Source: Octopus sinensis
Lineage: Eukaryota
Direction: 5' to 3'
DNA length: 64,000 nt
NCBI RefSeq assembly: GCF_006345805.1
Contig: NC_043021.1
Span: 21,266,001-21,330,000 of the forward strand
In this document: one piece after another, positions 12,125 to 24,809 of the stretch
How the letters are laid out: each line of letters begins with the position of its first letter
Position numbering within the stretch: position 1 is the first letter of the stretch
Notes under the pieces: generated by a model
Databases searched by the model: none
The model's input: the letters and a program-made list of their open reading frames with translations, nothing else
What the model was told of the DNA's origin: nothing
Translations under genes and position numbers: made by a program

Positions 12125-12156
12125 AACTTCTCCAAGAGGCAATTGGCATAAACTAA
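12125..12156 (+). CDS. Candidate terminal micro-exon ((E)LLQEAIGIN*)
   Basis: Branch-like ctaat plus tattttatgcAG acceptor, TAA at 12154-12156, AATAAA at 12174-12179. Confidence 0.2.
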
Positions 12157-12615
12157 AACCCCCTAAATACCTAAATAAAGTTGAATTTCACAGACCACTT
12201 TTGAAGACTGAATTTTAAGAGTTGACTTTTTTTTATATGTTTACTATTTTTCAGGGACTGAAATTCATGTTTAATTTTGGTTGAAATTTTAATTAGCAAA
12301 AGTGCAATTTATATATAAATCATTACATAATAAAAATACAAGGATTTATGGTAATTTACATTTGATTGTACACATCAAAACACATGTCCTGCTATAAAAC
12401 TGTCATTGATGAATTCTTACCATGACCTGTTTGCTCTAATTACAACGTGTGTGATATATTCATGAAGGTGTCTTACTAAAACTTTACTTTAGTTCTTCCT
12501 TTTTGTGTCTGGATTTGTTAACTGGAAAGTGTACCAACACTTGGGTTGTCAGAAAGTGTAGGTCAAGTTGTACATGTATGATACACAATCCTTGGCTGTG
12601 TATCTATTAAGACAG

Positions 12616-13000
12616 GAGGCGCAATGGCCCAGTGGTTAGGGCAGCGGACTTGCGGTCATAGGATCGCGGTTTCAATTCTCAGACCGGGTGTTGTGAGTGT
12701 TTATTGAGCGAAAACACCTAAAAGCTCCACGAGGCTCCGGCAGGGGATGGTGGTGATCCCTGCTGTACTCTTTCACCACAACTTTCTCTCACTCTTACTT
12801 CCTGTTTCTGTTATACCTGTATTTCAAAGGGCCGGCCTTGTCACTCTCTGTGTCACGCTGAATATCCCCGAGAACTACATTAAGGGTACACGTGTCTGTG
12901 GAGTGCTCAGCCACTTACACGTTAATTTCACGAGCAGGCTGTTCCGTTGATTCGGATCAACCGGAACCCTCATCGTCGTAACCGACGGAGTGCTTCCATC
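12616..13000 (+). mobile_element. SINE family B (OR2-like tRNA-derived head), full length with 14-bp TSD
   Basis: Head gaggcgcaatggcccagtggttagggcagcgg (A-box-like)...ggtttcaattc (B-box-like); TSD atctattaagacag at 12602-12615 and 13001-13014. Confidence 0.92.
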
Positions 13001-15128
13001 ATCTATTAAGACAGACCTAAAAATCTAGGGTTGACTTTCACTTGAAGTATATGAAAAATTCTGGATTTTCTGGCTACCAGTTAAGGGTCAACTTGTAACT
13101 GAGAGTGAACATTAACTGGATATATATATAGTATTGTTTATAAACTAGTGACATTGTCTCTTTGTGTTCTGGCCAAATATAATGCCAGTTTCTTAAACAC
13201 TCTGTTAATATTGTTCTTTGCTTCTGTCTAAGTCAACTCTGACCAGGTAGAACTATGATTAAAGGCATTTTATCTACAACCATTCTATCTCATCCTTTTT
13301 TTTAAGTATTGTCTACCTAGATTTACGTTATCTAAGGTGTCCTCTGTTCAGGAAAGTAGCCTTTATTTAAAGGAGTCATGTATCCATGGACTATGTTGCC
13401 CAATGATGATAGGGTGTATGTAAATTAAGGGAGATTTTGGTGCCATTTGAGGCAGGTGGAGCTACCATATGGAGGCTTCTCTCACTGACTCAGTTAAGAA
13501 ATTGATAAAAAAAAAGGTGAGTTTCTATTGTTTAGGCAGAGGTCGGCCTGAGTACTCACATTGCTCCAGTTTGGTGATTTTATCATTTTTCCTAACTGTG
13601 TCAATGCCTCCTTTATCGAGTCATCAAGGTGATGAGCTGGAAGAATTGTTAGCACCAGCATCTTCTCCTGTTTTTTATTCTGAGTTCAAATTCTGCTGAG
13701 GTCAAATTTTCTTTTCAACTTTCTGGCATTGACAAAATAAGTACTGGTTGAACACTGGTGTCGATGTAATTGACTAGCTCTCCCCCACCTAAACTTTAGG
13801 CCTTGTTTCTGTAGGGGAAAGAATTATTAAATGTGTCCTTTTCTGAAAGGTCTGCAGGGTGTGTTTGTGAAAGATTTGGGTGCTATTTCTAGCATATCGA
13901 GTACCCACATGAGGTTTCTTTTTAGGGCATGCATTAGATGGTCTGACAGGACCTTGCAAGCTGGATGACTGTGCCAATCTCCCAACGTCTGTTTTGGCAT
14001 GGCTTCTATGGCTGGATACCCTTCCTCATGCCAATTACTTTACAGAGTGTACGGTGTGCTTTTTACTTGGCACTGACTCTCATGAGGTCACCAAGTAACT
14101 TACAAGACAAGAGCCCTCAACTGAGGTGGATGGGGGAGTCGTATTCGGGAGGTGGGTTTATGTTGGGTAACGAGCAGTTAAAATATCATACAAAGAGATA
14201 GGTACAAGTGTCTTGCTGTAGGGGGAGATACATGGTTATCCTATTAGGAGAAGAGAAACCTGGTGGTGAAGATGTTTCCAGACACACCCTCTCAAGTTAC
14301 ATGATGGTGAATATAAAAGTAGTGATACAGAGGATTGGGCAGTGGGAATTTCTGGATGAATTTACGAGAGTTTGAAAGGAGAGTGGCAGATGGATAGAAA
14401 CGGGGAACAGAGAGGGGAATGTAATGAATGGTGAACGTGGGTGGAAGCGTGGTCAATTAACATTTAAATTCAAATCCAGCTAAGGTCATCTTGGCTTTTC
14501 ATCCTTTACAATACTCATTAAAATGAGTATTAGTGAAATAATTAGTAGGAGTGATTTAATTGGTTGTTCCTTCTCAAATCCCGCAAAGTTTATTGCTGTG
14601 CTTACGTTACGAATCCAATATTCTGAGAACATATGTAATGATCACATACTTTTTATCAAGTCGCGTAAAAAATGATTAAGAAAAAACATATTCTTACATA
14701 CATACATGCATGCATACTTATGTACATATGTATATAAAAGTACACATACATATTATACCATACATACCATACATGTGTTTATGCCATATATACCATATTG
14801 TACATATATTAGATACATGCATACATACATACCATATATTTAAATATAGAACTTGATCTTATGCCTGTAGCGTTAGATTTAAAATCTATTTTAAATATTT
14901 CTCAAAAAAAAAAAATGAAAATGAGAAGAATTGTAATTTCTTGAAAAGCAAAAAATTGAGTGTGTATCAACAAATTTTTTTTTTTTATCAACAAATTTTT
15001 GCACATACAAACACACACACGTGTGTGTATGTGTGTGTTTGTAAAATTCCAGTGTGTATGAAAGTGCTAAAAGACTATAAGTAATAATAAAAAGTATTTC
15101 TTCTGATGACAACTTACTTTTAGCAATA

Positions 15129-15151
15129 TATGTGTGTGTGTGTGTGTACAA

Positions 15152-15186
<35 letters not shown>

Positions 15187-15189
15187 CAA

Positions 15190-15220
<31 letters not shown>

Positions 15221-15429
15221 TATATATATATACACATATACATATATATATATATACACATATACATATATATATACATATATATATACATATATATATA
15301 CATATACATATATATATATAACATAAACACATATATATATATACACATATATATATATATACAATATATATATATACATATATATATATACATATACACA
15401 TATATATATATACATATATATATACATAT

Positions 15430-15482
<53 letters not shown>

Positions 15483-15621
15483 CATAAACACATATATATA
15501 TATACATAAACACATATATATATATACACATATACACATATACATATATATATTTACATATATATATACATATACACATATATATATATACATATATATA
15601 TACATATACACATATATATAC

Positions 15622-15656
<35 letters not shown>

Positions 15657-15702
15657 CATATATATATACATATACACATATATATATATATACACACATA
15701 TA
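15129..15702. repeat. Long (TA)/(TACA) microsatellite
   Basis: Direct reading; source of many YI/HI ORFs. Confidence 0.95.
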
Positions 15703-16072
15703 ATAATAATAATAATTGTGTACAGTGCTCAGGTGCACTACAACTCATCTAAAGTGTATATATAATCAGGTGTAGTTTCGGCGGATTTCGGAAAGCATGA
15801 GGGCCTTAAAGGGTGCAGTGTCATGGCAGTCAACAACTGACGCAGGCAGTTTATTCCATGCTTCAGCAACTCTGAGCGTGAAAAAATGTTTCCGAAAGTC
15901 ATGGGAGCTGTGTTGTTTTCTGACTTTGTAGGCATGTCCACGTGTGTTAGACACATGGAGATCAAAAAGGTGTTCAGTGTTGTTGTTGGTGAGGTAGTTG
16001 ATAACCTTGTGGGTGTTTACCAAGTCCGTCGCCAGACGCCGGAGCTTCAGTGAATCCATGCCCAGGGAAACA
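15703..16072 (-). mobile_element. CR1/L2-group LINE 3' end (second family), 5'-truncated
   Basis: SLKLRRLATDLVNTHKVI...TRGHAYKVRKQHSSHDFRKHFFTLRVAEAWNKLPASVV; (ATT)n tail at 15703. Confidence 0.88.
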
Positions 16073-16257
16073 TACATATATATATATATATATATATACA
16101 TATATATATACACACACACACATATATATATTATATATATATATATATATTAATGCATTCTTACAATTTACAAAAAAAAAAATATTGTAATCTTTTGAGA
16201 ACCAAAGAATTGTCATAACATACATACTCACACACATACACTCACGTGTGTGTCTGT

Positions 16258-16330
16258 CGCAGAATGGTGTAGTGGAAGTGTGCTGGACCTGTAATCCAGA
16301 GATCCTGTAGATCAAAACTATGCTATGTCA
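16258..16330 (+). pseudogene. Initiator tRNA-Met pseudogene (decayed; anticodon CAT now TGT)
   Basis: gcagaatggtgtagtggaagtgtgctggacctgtaatccagagatc is 36/46 identical to the vertebrate iMet 5' sequence as I recall it (GCAGAGTGGCGCAGCGGAAGCGTGCTGGGCCCATAACCCAGAGGTC); all 10 differences are transitions; T-loop gatcaaaac keeps the initiator-specific A54. Confidence 0.75.
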
Positions 16331-16545
16331 TCATAGAACTGGTTTGTCCAAACCATACCAGCATGGGGCATGGACTTCAAATGCTGCAGCTTAAATGTGT
16401 GTGTGTGTGTGTATTGCTAAAGTGTTCTTAACAACAAACATTCACTGAAAAAAAAGGACTCAGTACAAATATGTATGTGAAATATGTATTTTAAAAAAGT
16501 TGAATGTCAATTTGAAGTCTCACAGCAGTTGGCTTATCAAATAGT

Positions 16546-16990
16546 TACTCTTTTACTCTTTTACTTATTTCAGTCATTTGACTGCGGCCATGCTGGAGCA
16601 CCGCCTTTAGTACTTATTCTATCGGTTTCTTTTTGCCGAACCGCTAAGTGACGGGGACCCCGGGACTTATTCTTTGTAAGCCCAGTACTTATTCTATCGG
16701 TCTCTTTTGCTGAACCGCTAAGTGACGGGGACATAAACACACCAGCATCGGTTGTCAAGCAATGTTAGGGGGACAAACACAGACACACAAAAACACACAC
16801 ACACACACACTTACATATCTATACATATATACGACAGGCTTCTTTCAGTTTCCGTCTACCAAATCCACTCACAAGGCATTGGTCGGCCCGGGGCTATAGC
16901 AGAAGACACTTGCCCAAGGTGCCACGCAGCGGGACTGAACCCGCAACCATGTGTTTGGTTAGCAAGCTACTTACCACACAGCCACTCCTG
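16546..16990 (-). mobile_element. SINE family A with internal ~50 bp duplication
   Basis: tacttattctatcggt...ccgctaagtgacgggga occurs twice (16611-16657 and 16686-16731). Confidence 0.88.
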
Positions 16991-17817
16991 TTGTATATGA
17001 AATGTAAAAGGTGGATAAAACAAATGCACTTAATTTAGTGGTTACATGTTTCCCTGTTCCAATACTGCTAGAATCACATCCAGATTCCCCATTGCCACCC
17101 CAAACTTATTTGGTTATAAGACTGAACTGAAATGGATGAGCTCAATTGTAGGGTAAACATCTAAACATGGACACACATACATACATACATACATATATAT
17201 ATATAGGAGTAAGAGTGGCTGTGTGGTAAGTTGCTTGCTTACAAACCACATGGTTCCAGGTTCAATCCAACTGCATGGCACCTTGAGCAAGTGTCTTATT
17301 CTTTGTAAGCCTAGTACTTATTCTGTCAGTCTCTTTCACCGAACCACTAAGTTTATATTATATATACATACACAACGGGCTTCTTTCAGTTTCTGCCTTC
17401 CGAATCCACTCACAAGGCTTTGGCTGGCCTGAGGCTATAGTAGAAGACACTTGCCCAAGGTGTCATGGAACCATGTGTTTGGGAAGCAAATTTCTTACCA
17501 CACTGCCACAAGAAGGTAATAGGGTAGTGGTGTTAGTAGGTGAGGTTAGGAAGGTAAAGGAGCAGGATGAAATATTGTAACTGAATGCTTCGAGGGAAGT
17601 TAAGAGAAGTTAAAAGAAATTAAAAGTACTGAAGAAGACAGGTGAAGGGGAAAAAGCGAGGAAATTGGAAAAGTTGAAAAAGTAAAATTTCCTTTATACC
17701 TTAATAAACATCATAAGCTTGAAAAAAAAAAAAAGGTTTCTAGAGCAGCTCATAAATTCCTCAAAAAAAACCTTGAAGAATTTTGAAGGCTTCAGAGTCA
17801 TGGAATTTTACACATAC

Positions 17818-18053
<236 letters not shown>

Positions 18054-18410
18054 AAGTGAAAGGGTTTTCCTGCAAAATGAGCTTAGTCAAAATACCTAAC
18101 AGAATTTCTTTTGGCTCCTTCCATTCTGAGTTCAAATGCTTCTTAGATCAACTTTGGCTTTCATCTCTCTTTGGGTTGATAAAAACTGCTCACCTTGTAC
18201 TTGAAGCAGAAACTATTATTAATATTGGATTCCAGGTAGTATGATGGCATGATTGTTAGAACATCAGAATAAAAAAAAGTGCTTTCCCGTGTTTCTTCTG
18301 GTGCTTTATGAGTTCAAACCCTGCTGAGGTCAGTTTTACCTTTCATGCCTCTGGGATGAATAAAATAAGGTATCAGTTAAGTATTGAGCTAAATATAATA
18401 TAATATATGT

Positions 18411-18726
18411 GAAGGTGCATGGCTCAGTGGTTAGAGCTTCGAGCTTACGATTGTGAGCTCGAATCCCGGACCGGGCTGCGTGTTGTGTTCTTGAGCAAGA
18501 CACTTCATTTCACTTTGCTCAGCTGTAGAAATGAGTTGCGACGTCACAGGTGCCAAGCTGTATCAGCCTTTGCCTTTCCCTTGGATAACACTGATGGCAT
18601 GGAGAGGGGAGGCCGGTATGCATGGGCGACTGCTGGTCTTCCATAAACCACCTTGCCCAGACTTGTGACTAGGAGGGTAACTTCCTAGTTGCAATCTCAT
18701 GGTCAGTGTCGTGACCGAAGGGGGTC
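18411..18726 (+). mobile_element. SINE family C (OR1-like / CORE-like)
   Basis: tRNA-like head gcatggctcagtggttagagc...gagctcgaatccc; gtgttcttgagcaagacactt core. Confidence 0.85.
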
Positions 18727-19056
18727 CCCTCCCCCCGAAATATAATTAACTAAGCCCCTCTTCTTAGACATCTTTATAAAAGTAGGTTTCACCAGTCTTC
18801 CATCAGAACATTTCCAGTCAAGGGGAAATATTACCTTACCAGGCAACAAATGAGGGTCGGTGATAGGAAGGGCATCGAATGGCAGAAAAGTTTCTATCTG
18901 ACTAATGCAAACACAGAAAAGGAGGATGTTAAGAAATATTCACATAAATTCTCAAACTGCTTTTTTGTATTTGTCATACAGTATTCAGTCTTTTTTTGTT
19001 TTTCGTCAATATAAATATTAAAGAAAAAAACACAAACTTCTGAGAAATATATATAT

Positions 19057-19349
19057 ACTAGCAGTATCGCCCGGCATTGCTCGGGTTTGTAAGGGAAATA
19101 ACTATATAAGCATTTTTAGAGACTTACTTCCCTTGTATAAACTGAGCAAAAAATGCGGAAAATTGATGGTAATTTTTTTTTAAATCGTAGACTTATCGTA
19201 GATGCACGCTAATACCCAGAAGGGCTCGATATGAATCACGACTATAAGATACCTGCTTTTGGTTAAACTGCACCGCAAAATGTGAGAGTAGTTAGGAATC
19301 TAAATCGGAGTAGACAGACACACACACAACTTCAGTTTTATATATAAAT
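19057..19349 (+). mobile_element. Non-autonomous Helitron/Helentron-type element (Lep1/HINE-like ends)
   Basis: Starts actagcagtatcgcccggc.ttgctcggg, ends gacagac...ttttatatataa; 4 copies in window; abuts (TA)n. Confidence 0.65.
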
Positions 19350-20799
19350 ATATATATATATATGACAGAATATTTATATTCCAATATCCTATTCCAGTTT
19401 TTTATCACAATATCATGTATATTTGTCTTGAATATTCTCAACACTTCCTTTTTATTGGTGTATCTTCTTTTAACAAAAATTATTTGAAATTTTCATTTAT
19501 GTATTTTTCTGTTTTTTAAGCTATTTTAATTCCTTTGGGGCTTTAATGTTTGTTATGGATAATTGTTTGGTTTGAAAGCAAAAAAAAAAATCAAAAGTGG
19601 TGAAAAAGGGCTGCTTCTACAGTCATTGCCCACCCCACTACTACTACTACTACGTTTCATTGCAAATTTATAATCAGTCTTCGTTAATAGAGGAATATGC
19701 CCCTGGTTCTAGTGAATAAACAACTTGTGTGTGTGTGTGTGTGTGTAACAAAGTGGTTCTTAAGTTAGGTTGTTTTAGCCATCATGTACGTGCATGTATG
19801 TTTTAATATATGCATGTTTATGTTTCCGAATATGCACAAACATATTTTATTACCATTACCACCATCATTCACTATGCCCAGATGCCCTTACTGTCATGAA
19901 AGCCAACCTATTCCCAATAAGGTAACCTTTCCCCATAGCTGGATGTGATTTCATGAGATTGAAATAAAATGCACCACTTACATGGAGGTGATGCTTGTTT
20001 ACACCTATGTCAAGACAAGGACAGACACACACGGAGGCTTTTGGTTTCACTATACTTAACCCTCCTCCCATGTTCTTGCATTCTAGCCAATCACACATCA
20101 TCTCTCTTTCTCTCGTTCTTCTCTTTGTACTGTATTGTTATTCTACTTCATTTCACCTCTTCTTCTACTGTCAGTCATCCCCTACTCTCCACTCTCTCAT
20201 ATATCATTGATCACCTCACTTCTTACTCATCATTCACTCCATCTGCCCTCTCAACTCTACCCCACCAATCTTTACAGTCATCCCTTACTCTTCCCTACTT
20301 CCTCTTCAACAAATATTTGTCACCCTTCAACATTTGCTTTCATTAGACAGTCAGTCACCGGCTGACACTCACTGACAACACATCGAAGAGGCCAGGGAAC
20401 AGAAGAAAGAAGACATGCACCCAACACCAGAGCTGAAGACACCTCCGAAAGGGGGGACCCCACCACGTCAAAACGGTAGAGGAGTAGGGGCCAAAACCGG
20501 ACGTGGTTCCTCCTGATGATGTCTTGAGCTAACTGGATCCTATAAAGGAGCTGTTATGGTAGCAGACCACAAAACACGGTTGTAATTCCCCCTATTCAAT
20601 TCCTCATCCATTCCCATCACTAACTGTCTCTCACTCTCCCCATATATTCTTACAACTTGTCTCTTCCCTATTCACCTGTGCTCACCTTCTCCTCACCTCA
20701 TATCTTGAGGGTCCAACTTGACACCACATGAACACTATTTTTATCTCCCTTCTACGTCTTCACTCACTTCTATAAGGTGAGTTGTCATGCAGTTCCCCT

Positions 20800-21470
20800 T
20801 ATTTATTTTATTTTGCCATTAGGAACCTGACACAGAGGGGGACAGTACAAGGACAGACAAAACATGCAGCGGGGAAGAAAAAAATAAAGTGGATGAATTG
20901 ACGGGATGATGTTATATAGATATGGGGATGCAATGGCTACTTGAACCCCGTACTCGAGCAATTACATTTAATACATTTTTTCATCTTTTTTTTTCTTTCA
21001 TAGTTTATCTAAAATAATTTCACCTTAAAATAACTGTCACTGTTAGTTCATCCACCTCTTTGTATTCAATGACTGAAGGTAGGGTATCAGACCTCACCTC
21101 CAGCCCTATGGGATCCACATCAGACCTGAAAGTATTTTTTTAAAACTTTTTATATCTTTCCAAGTCCAGCAGGACACGATTTTTGTTGTGGGGAAATCCC
21201 CTGCAAACACTTTTACCCTTGTTGTATTCTTCCATTTCGTTAACATTTTCTCCTTGTTTGTGTATGCTTTTTCCTCCTTATGTGTGTCTGTGAGTATGTA
21301 TGTCGTTGTGTACCTGTCTGGCGAGGCCAGGCTGTCTGGTATGTTTTTGTTTTTCAGTGGTGTGGACAGGAATGATATGTTCTTGAATAGGTTTCCGTGT
21401 TTATTTTCTGTGGGTATTTTCTCTTTGTTCTGTTCCGGCCCTTTTTCTCATATTATTTACTCTTAAAAGT
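20800..21470 (-). mobile_element. Probable decayed LINE 3' end (L1/Tx1-like?) sharing its tail with SINE family D
   Basis: Minus-strand 3' end ttttgtctgtccttgtactgtccccctctgtgtc...ggcaaaataaaataaat resembles the family D tail; upstream a stop-free ~100-codon K/E/T-rich frame (21140-~21450) and a second open frame 21020-21124. Confidence 0.4.
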
Positions 21471-21691
21471 GACTTAATTCTCATAATCACATGAAGCAGT
21501 TTATTATTCTACCTCCCTAGTTATAACCCTTTAATATTCACAATCATGATTGATTTCGTTTTTTACATGTTTTTTTAATTGTTCAATTTCCTTTTGCAGT
21601 TTATGCAATGAAGCAAAAGCTTTTTCTTTCATGAGTTAAATTTGTTCACCTTCAGGCATGTGTGTTGTCTAAAAGAAAAAAAAAAATTATT

Positions 21692-21854
21692 AGGCGCAGG
21701 AGTGACTGTGTAGTAAGTAGCTTGCTAACCAACTACATGGTTCCGGGTTCAGTCCCACTGTGTGGCATCTTGGGCAAGTGTCTTCTGCTATAGCCCCGGG
21801 CCCACCAATGCCTTGTGAGTGGATTGGTAGACGGAAACTGAAAGAAGCCTGTCG

Positions 21855-21937
<83 letters not shown>

Positions 21938-22170
21938 ATGTGTGTGTGTGTGTGTGTGTTTGTGTGTCTGTGTTTGTGCCCCTAGCATTGCTTGACAACC
22001 GATGCTGGTGTGTTTATGTCCCCGTCACTTAGCGGTTTTGCAAAAGAGACCGATAGAATAAGTACTGGGCTTACAAAGAATAAATCCCGGGGTCGATTTG
22101 CTCGACTAAAAGCGGTGCTCCAGCATGGCCACAGTCAAATGACTGAAACAAGTAAAAAAGTAAAGAGAGT
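21692..22170 (+). mobile_element. SINE family A, full length, long (TA)n spacer
   Basis: aggcgcaggagt...; tail aagtaaaaaagtaaagag. Confidence 0.92.
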
Positions 22171-22508
22171 TATTAGAGAGATGACTTTTTCATCTTCAAA
22201 TATGATATTACTTTTATAGGGGTGTGAAAATTAATCAAACATTTTCCCAGGATTTGAAGGTATAGAAAAGGCTGAGATCTGCTGTATTAGATTGTGTAGT
22301 GTTCATCATGATCATTATCATCATTTTAATGTCCACTTGCAATGTTGGGATGAAATTTGCCGAAGTAGATTTTCTTGGCCAGATGCCCTTCTTGTTGCTA
22401 ACCTCACCTGTTTCCAAGCAAAGTTGCATTTCCTGGTAACATTTGTTTGCAATCATTACACAATGTCAAGGCAAGGAATCAGTAACACCCACACATGCAC
22501 ATAAATAG

Positions 22509-22720
22509 ATCATCATCGTTTAACATCCATTTTTCATGCTAGCATGGGTTGGACGGTTCGACCGGGGTCTGTGAAGCCAGAAGGCTGCACCAGGCTCCAG
22601 TCTGATCTGGCAGTGTTTCTACAGCTGGATGCCCTTCCTAACGCCAACCACTCCGTGAGTGTAGCGGGTGCTTTTTACGTGCCACCGGCACAGGTGCCAG
22701 GGGAGGCTGGCAATGGCCAT
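22509..22720 (-). mobile_element. RTE 3' UTR fragment
   Basis: catcatcgtttaacatcc...gctagcatgggttggacgg...gtgccaccggcac. Confidence 0.85.
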
Positions 22721-23097
22721 TATATCCATTGGGTTATATCATTGGCTTATATTATTGCTACAAATCCTGATCAAACAGACCTATATACATGCACATGTAT
22801 ATATGTATACGTGTATGTATGTGTGTATGTGTGAGAGAGAGAGGCTTCTTTCTGTTTCCGTTTACCAGCTCCATTCACAAGACAGTAAAGAAGCATTTGC
22901 CCAAGGTACTGCACAGCAGGATGAAGCCAGAGCCATGTGAGTGGGAAGCAAACTGCTTACCACACAGCCGTGCCTGCACCTCTTAAAATTTAGCTCGCCT
23001 AGAACTAAACAACAACCATTATTGTCAACGTCATCATCATCACCACCACCACTACCACCACCACCATCACCTTCATCATTATCACACTCATCATCAA

Positions 23098-23400
23098 GTG
23101 GTGGCACATGGCCTAGCGGTTAGAGCAGCGGACTCGCAGTCGAGGAATCGCGTGTTCGAATCTCAGACCGGGCAATGTGCGTGCTTATGAGCGAAAGACC
23201 TAAGCTCCACGCGACTTCGGCAGAAGGTAATGGCAAACTTCTGCTGGCTCTTTCGCCACAACTTTCTCTCACTCTTTCCTCCTGCATCTTGCAGCTCACC
23301 TGCGACGGACCGGCATCCCATCCACAAGGGGAACCTATACGCCAAAGAAACCGGGAAACCGGCCCTTATGAGCCAGGCATGGCTCGAGAAGGAACAAACA
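23098..23400 (+). mobile_element. SINE with family B-like head but different 3' body (family B')
   Basis: Head ggcacatggcctagcggttagagcagcggactcgcagtc; diverges from family B after cacaactttctctcactctt into ctgcgacggaccggcatcccatcc...gaaaccggg. Confidence 0.75.
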
Positions 23401-23426
23401 GACAAAAAAAAAACAATCATCATCAT

Positions 23427-23589
23427 AGGCGCAGGAGTGGCTGTGTGGTATGTAGCTTGCTTACCAACCATATGGTTCCGGGTTCAGTCCCACTGCGTGG
23501 CATCTTGGGCAAGTGTCTTCTGCTATAGCCCCGGGTCGACCAATGCCTTGTGAGTGGATTTGGTAGACGGAAACTGAATGAAGCCTATC

Positions 23590-23633
<44 letters not shown>

Positions 23634-23854
23634 ATATGTTTGTGTGTCTGTGTTTGTCCCCCTAGCATTGCTTGACAACCGATGCTGGTGTGTTTACGTC
23701 CCCGTCACTTAGAGGTTCGGCAAAAGAGAGCGATAGAATAAGTACTGGGCTTACAAAGAATAAGTCCCGGGGTCGATTTGCTCAACTAAAGGCGGTGCTC
23801 CAGCATGGCCGCAGTCAAATGACTGAAACAAGTAAAAGAGTAAAGAGTAAAGAG
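23427..23854 (+). mobile_element. SINE family A, full length
   Basis: Head, spacer and tail all present. Confidence 0.92.
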
Positions 23855-24261
23855 GGATTTTCCCATGTTTGCATGGTTCAGACAGAATATTATCAAGGCA
23901 GATTTTCAATGATTAGAATCCATTCCTGTTGCCGACCCTGAAACCACCCCCACCACGCACACACACACACACAAAAAAGGGGAAATGGGTACAACCATGA
24001 ATTGAAACAGAGTTGTTGAATCATCTTGCAGAGCATTAGCAAGCTATAATCACTTGATGATATTAAATAGGAAATAGCTAGTGCGGTGGGAGCTCCTACT
24101 TTATTCTGGAACAATTTCAAGTGTGGTCGTTTAATGAAAAGTTGCTTTTTTCTTCTTATTTTTTTTCTCAATGCAAATTCATTGGATTTAAAGAAGCTGC
24201 TTCTGCCAATTGCAAATGTTTATTTTGGAAATAAACAATAAAATGTATTACATTAGTTCCA

Positions 24262-24665
24262 GACAATTGACTCTGTGTGTGTGTGTGTGTATGTATATAT
24301 ATATGTATGTGTATATATATGTATATGTATATATATATGTATATGTATATGTATATATATATGTATATGTATATATATATATATGTATATTTATATGTAT
24401 ATATATATATATGTATATTTATATGTATATATATATGTATATTTATATGTATATATATATGTGTGTATATTTATATGTGTATATATATATATGTGTATAT
24501 ATTTATATGTATATATAATATATGTATATTTATATGTATTATATATATGTATATTATATGTATATATATATGTATATTATATGTATATATATATATGTGT
24601 GTATATTTATATGTGTATATATATATGTGTATATATTTATATGTATATATATATGTATATATATA

Positions 24666-24706
<41 letters not shown>

Positions 24707-24723
24707 GTGTATGTGTGTGTGTT
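24262..24723. repeat. (TA)/(TATG)/(TATTTA) microsatellite array
   Basis: Direct reading. Confidence 0.95.
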
Positions 24724-24809
24724 TTTACTTGCTGAATCTGAAAGAAGGAGCAGTGCTGTGACCTTTAGCAACCCTCTGGTGAACTTGATGTCATTAATGT
24801 TCTGTTTAA

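Noticed and set aside
12616-12690. tRNA gene
   Set aside because: tRNA-like head runs straight into a SINE body with TSDs; no complete cloverleaf. The same holds for the family A and C heads.
12747-12950. Repeated MVVIPAVLFHHNFLSL... ORF (4 copies, hydrophobic)
   Set aside because: Internal to SINE family B; its persistence reflects young copies, not selection for a peptide.
14511-14530. 9-bp hairpin atactcatt/aatgagtat (also AT-rich hairpin 842-868)
   Set aside because: Short AT-rich palindromes are expected by chance or within decayed SINEs.
14891-15748. ORFs of 190-223 aa
   Set aside because: Pure translations of (TA)/(TACA) microsatellite (YI/HI/CV repeats). The same applies to the ORFs at 105-537, 17719-18244, 24210-24817, 30043-30614, 44589-45663 and 61257-62710.
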